From: Candidatus Eiseniibacteriota bacterium
GTDB lineage: Bacteria > Eisenbacteria > RBG-16-71-46 > CAZAMP01
Length of the DNA: 64,000 bases
Assembly (NCBI GenBank): GCA_965224245.1
Contig: OZ245046.1
Span: forward strand, 5,824,001 to 5,888,000
Direction of reading: 5' to 3'
Of this stretch, positions 60,291 to 64,000 are shown piece after piece. The position numbers and the translations under genes were made by a program. Under the pieces are notes generated by a model, which was not told the origin of the DNA, made no database searches, and saw only the letters and a program-made list of their open reading frames with translations. How positions within the stretch are numbered: the stretch's first letter is position 1; every line of letters starts with the position of its first letter.

Positions 60291-61814
60291 TCAGCGGGGC
60301 ACGACCACCAGCTTCGTCACCTGCGCGCGCGTCCGACCCCTCGCCGTCCCGGAGGCGGGCGAGGCGTCGGTCCCCCGATCCGAGACCCGTAGCCAGTAGA
60401 CACCGGGCGCAACCGGGCTTCCGGAGGCGTCGCGGGCGTCCCACGTCACGGTGTTCCATCCGTTCCGGGCGTCGAGGCGTTCGGCCAGGACGCGGACCGA
60501 TCGGCCCGTCGCATCGAAGATCTCGACGCGGACGCGATCTCCGGGCGCGGCCAGGAAACGGACCAGGACCGAGGATCGGAGCGGGTTCGGCGACGCGGAG
60601 ACCGCCGGCGTCTCACTCATGGACGCGTCGCCGACGTCGACGACGCCCGGGCGCGAGATCACGAGGTCGGCGGGCGGCAATCCCACGTCGACCGGTGCGC
60701 CCGTGAGCGGCGCGCCGGAGCTCGCGTCGAACACGCGCACGCCGGGTGCCGAGACGTCTCGGACCCCGAGGAAGAGCGTGCCCGTCGGCGCGTCGCAGTC
60801 CATGGCCTCGGTGTACGACTCGGTGGTGTACACGATCGGTCCGAGCGCGCCGGACGTGTCGAACCCGCGGAGGTCGGTGGTGAAGAAGAAATCCGTCGAC
60901 GACAGGACGAACCCCGTCGTTGCCGAGCACATGGTGAGACAGCCGACGTCACCCCCCAGCGCCGATTCGGTCACCACGAGCCCGAGATCCTGAAGCGTCT
61001 CGGTGTCGACGACGTCGATCCCGCCGTCGAGCGCCCCGTAGCTGCCGACGCAGGCCACGTAGAGACGGCGCGAGATCGGGTCGAGCTCCATCTTGCACAC
61101 GGGGTTCGTGCCGGTCAGCGCGATGGCCTGCGTGCCCGGCGCGACGGGATCCGCGTCGACCAGCGTGTCGGTCGAGACGTCGATGACGGCCAGATACGAC
61201 GGCGCCACCGGCGTGTAGAACGCGTCCCGATCGAGCCGCTGCACCTGGACGAAGAGGCGGTCGTCCGCGAGGGCCATCGCGTTCAGCTCGGGCAACCCGT
61301 CGGCATCGGCGAAGGCACCGAGATCGATGCCGCCGGTGACGGTGCCGCTGGATGGATCGACGATCAGCACGTCCGTGCCGTCGTACGCGCTCACGTATGC
61401 CTTCGTCTCGGAGACGACCACGATGTCGTGCGGGTTCGTGCCGGCGCCGGTCGAGAACTGGCGCACCGTCGAGAACGAGGCGGGATCGATGACCTGGACG
61501 TTGTCCCCGAGGAACCGGTTCACGACGTAGTGCCGTCCGAAGAAGTGACGCACGATGGGATCCGAGCCGACCCCCTCCACGTTGACGTCGGCCGACCATG
61601 GCGACTCGATGTCCACGGCCGAGGAGCTGCCGGTGGCGCCGAAGTCGGTCGTGACCACGAACACGTGGGGCTCGAAGCCGGCGGACGCCGGCGACGGCCC
61701 GAACGGTGAGCCGGGGCCCATCGCGAGGAGGACGAGCGTGGCCGCGAGCCGGCGAGCGACACCGACGCCGAATCGTGTGCCGGGGCGATCGTGAGGGCGG
61801 GGACGCGGGATCAT
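60291..61814 (-). CDS. Secreted YncE/BtuG-like beta-propeller protein with C-terminal FlgD Ig-like domain
   Basis: YVVNR..DNVQVID, NPHDI...KAYVS repeats; PNP..IFDATGR..WDARD..PGVY tail; AAGGAG RBS; downstream of B12 riboswitch. Confidence 0.8.
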   Translation of the reverse strand: MIPRPRPHDRPGTRFGVGVARRLAATLVLLAMGPGSPFGPSPASAGFEPHVFVVTTDFGATGSSSAVDIESPWSADVNVEGVGSDPIVRHFFGRHYVVNRFLGDNVQVIDPASFSTVRQFSTGAGTNPHDIVVVSETKAYVSAYDGTDVLIVDPSSGTVTGGIDLGAFADADGLPELNAMALADDRLFVQVQRLDRDAFYTPVAPSYLAVIDVSTDTLVDADPVAPGTQAIALTGTNPVCKMELDPISRRLYVACVGSYGALDGGIDVVDTETLQDLGLVVTESALGGDVGCLTMCSATTGFVLSSTDFFFTTDLRGFDTSGALGPIVYTTESYTEAMDCDAPTGTLFLGVRDVSAPGVRVFDASSGAPLTGAPVDVGLPPADLVISRPGVVDVGDASMSETPAVSASPNPLRSSVLVRFLAAPGDRVRVEIFDATGRSVRVLAERLDARNGWNTVTWDARDASGSPVAPGVYWLRVSDRGTDASPASGTARGRTRAQVTKLVVVPR

Positions 61815-61997
61815 GACGGGACTCCTTCCGTCGACCGGACGTGGGTGAACGAAAGGCGCGCGGAGTGACGGGGCCGTTGCGTGAAGAGAGGACATCACGC
61901 GCTCGGACCCCATGGCCCATCGATCGGAATCCACGCCGAGGATGAGCATCACCACGCGGGCACGTCGCTGCACCCGGCCGCGCGCTTGCGCGCGCAT

Positions 61998-62225
61998 CCT
62001 CTTCGGGCAGGTCTTCTGGCTTCCGGGTCGTCCTCGCCTCACGCCTTCCCACGGCACGTCGCGCTCGGGGCGCGGCCGCAGTGGCTCTGTTGTGAGGGTC
62101 GTCGCCGGTCACAGCGGCGGGTCCGCGACGGTTTCGCACCGTCTTCCCTCGCGCCCGTCACGATCGCATTCGATCGCACGCGGCACGGTCGCACGTCGGT
62201 CTCGACGCACGGGACCCGAAGAGGC
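61998..62225 (-). promoter_or_regulatory. Cobalamin riboswitch
   Basis: On - strand: AGGGAA-GACGGTG-CGAAA-CCGTC, CCCGCCGCTGTGA, GCCACTG, GGGAAGG, B12 box AGCCAGAAGACCTGCC; P1 CTCTTCGG/CCGAAGAG. Confidence 0.93.
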
Positions 62226-62348
62226 GTTCTCGTGCCGGGAGGCTAGCAGTCCTCGGAGGCCGCGGTCAACGCGGCGCCGACGGCCGGCGTGGGTGGGAGG
62301 AGACGGAAGAGGGGAGACCGCCCCCGCCGGGGACGGCCTCCCGGGAGG

Positions 62349-64000
<1,652 letters not shown>

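Noticed and set aside
61815-62057. N-terminal extension of the 60291-62057 ORF
   Set aside because: Overlaps the riboswitch and expression platform; the RBS supports ATG 61814

Overview
High-GC (~70%) bacterial chromosomal window of about 47 mostly housekeeping or envelope genes. Three secreted proteins with FlgD-Ig C-termini, PENVL-type lipoproteins, a long GreA and bshB1 suggest an FCB-group lineage such as Eisenbacteria/Krumholzibacteriota/Latescibacterota (inference). Recognisable genes: M42 peptidase, extended greA, YyaL/DUF255, rmlA-like, folA-thyA, uvrA, lepB, GT4, pdaD, bshB1, secD-secF, mscL, a DUF4159-DUF4175-TPR-GATase-like operon, a Zn-finger/HAD/nnr/aldolase/SDR operon, msrB, isoaspartyl peptidase, a TonB-dependent receptor with two lipoproteins, a degenerate hemE, a cobalamin-riboswitch-controlled beta-propeller and hppA. 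I saw no rRNA, tRNA, CRISPR array or mobile element. The most striking unexplained element is the ~720-bp gap after uvrA. It holds a sigma-54 type promoter with candidate upstream enhancer and IHF-like sites, followed by a ~250-nt highly structured RNA (32-bp stem) ending in a terminator, i.e. a candidate undescribed sigma-54-dependent ncRNA. Also notable: a second ~80-nt sRNA candidate behind an ECF-type promoter, an aldolase with a microcompartment-type encapsulation peptide, and a candidate secreted B12-scavenging protein. All calls are by eye from motifs; no database searches were run.
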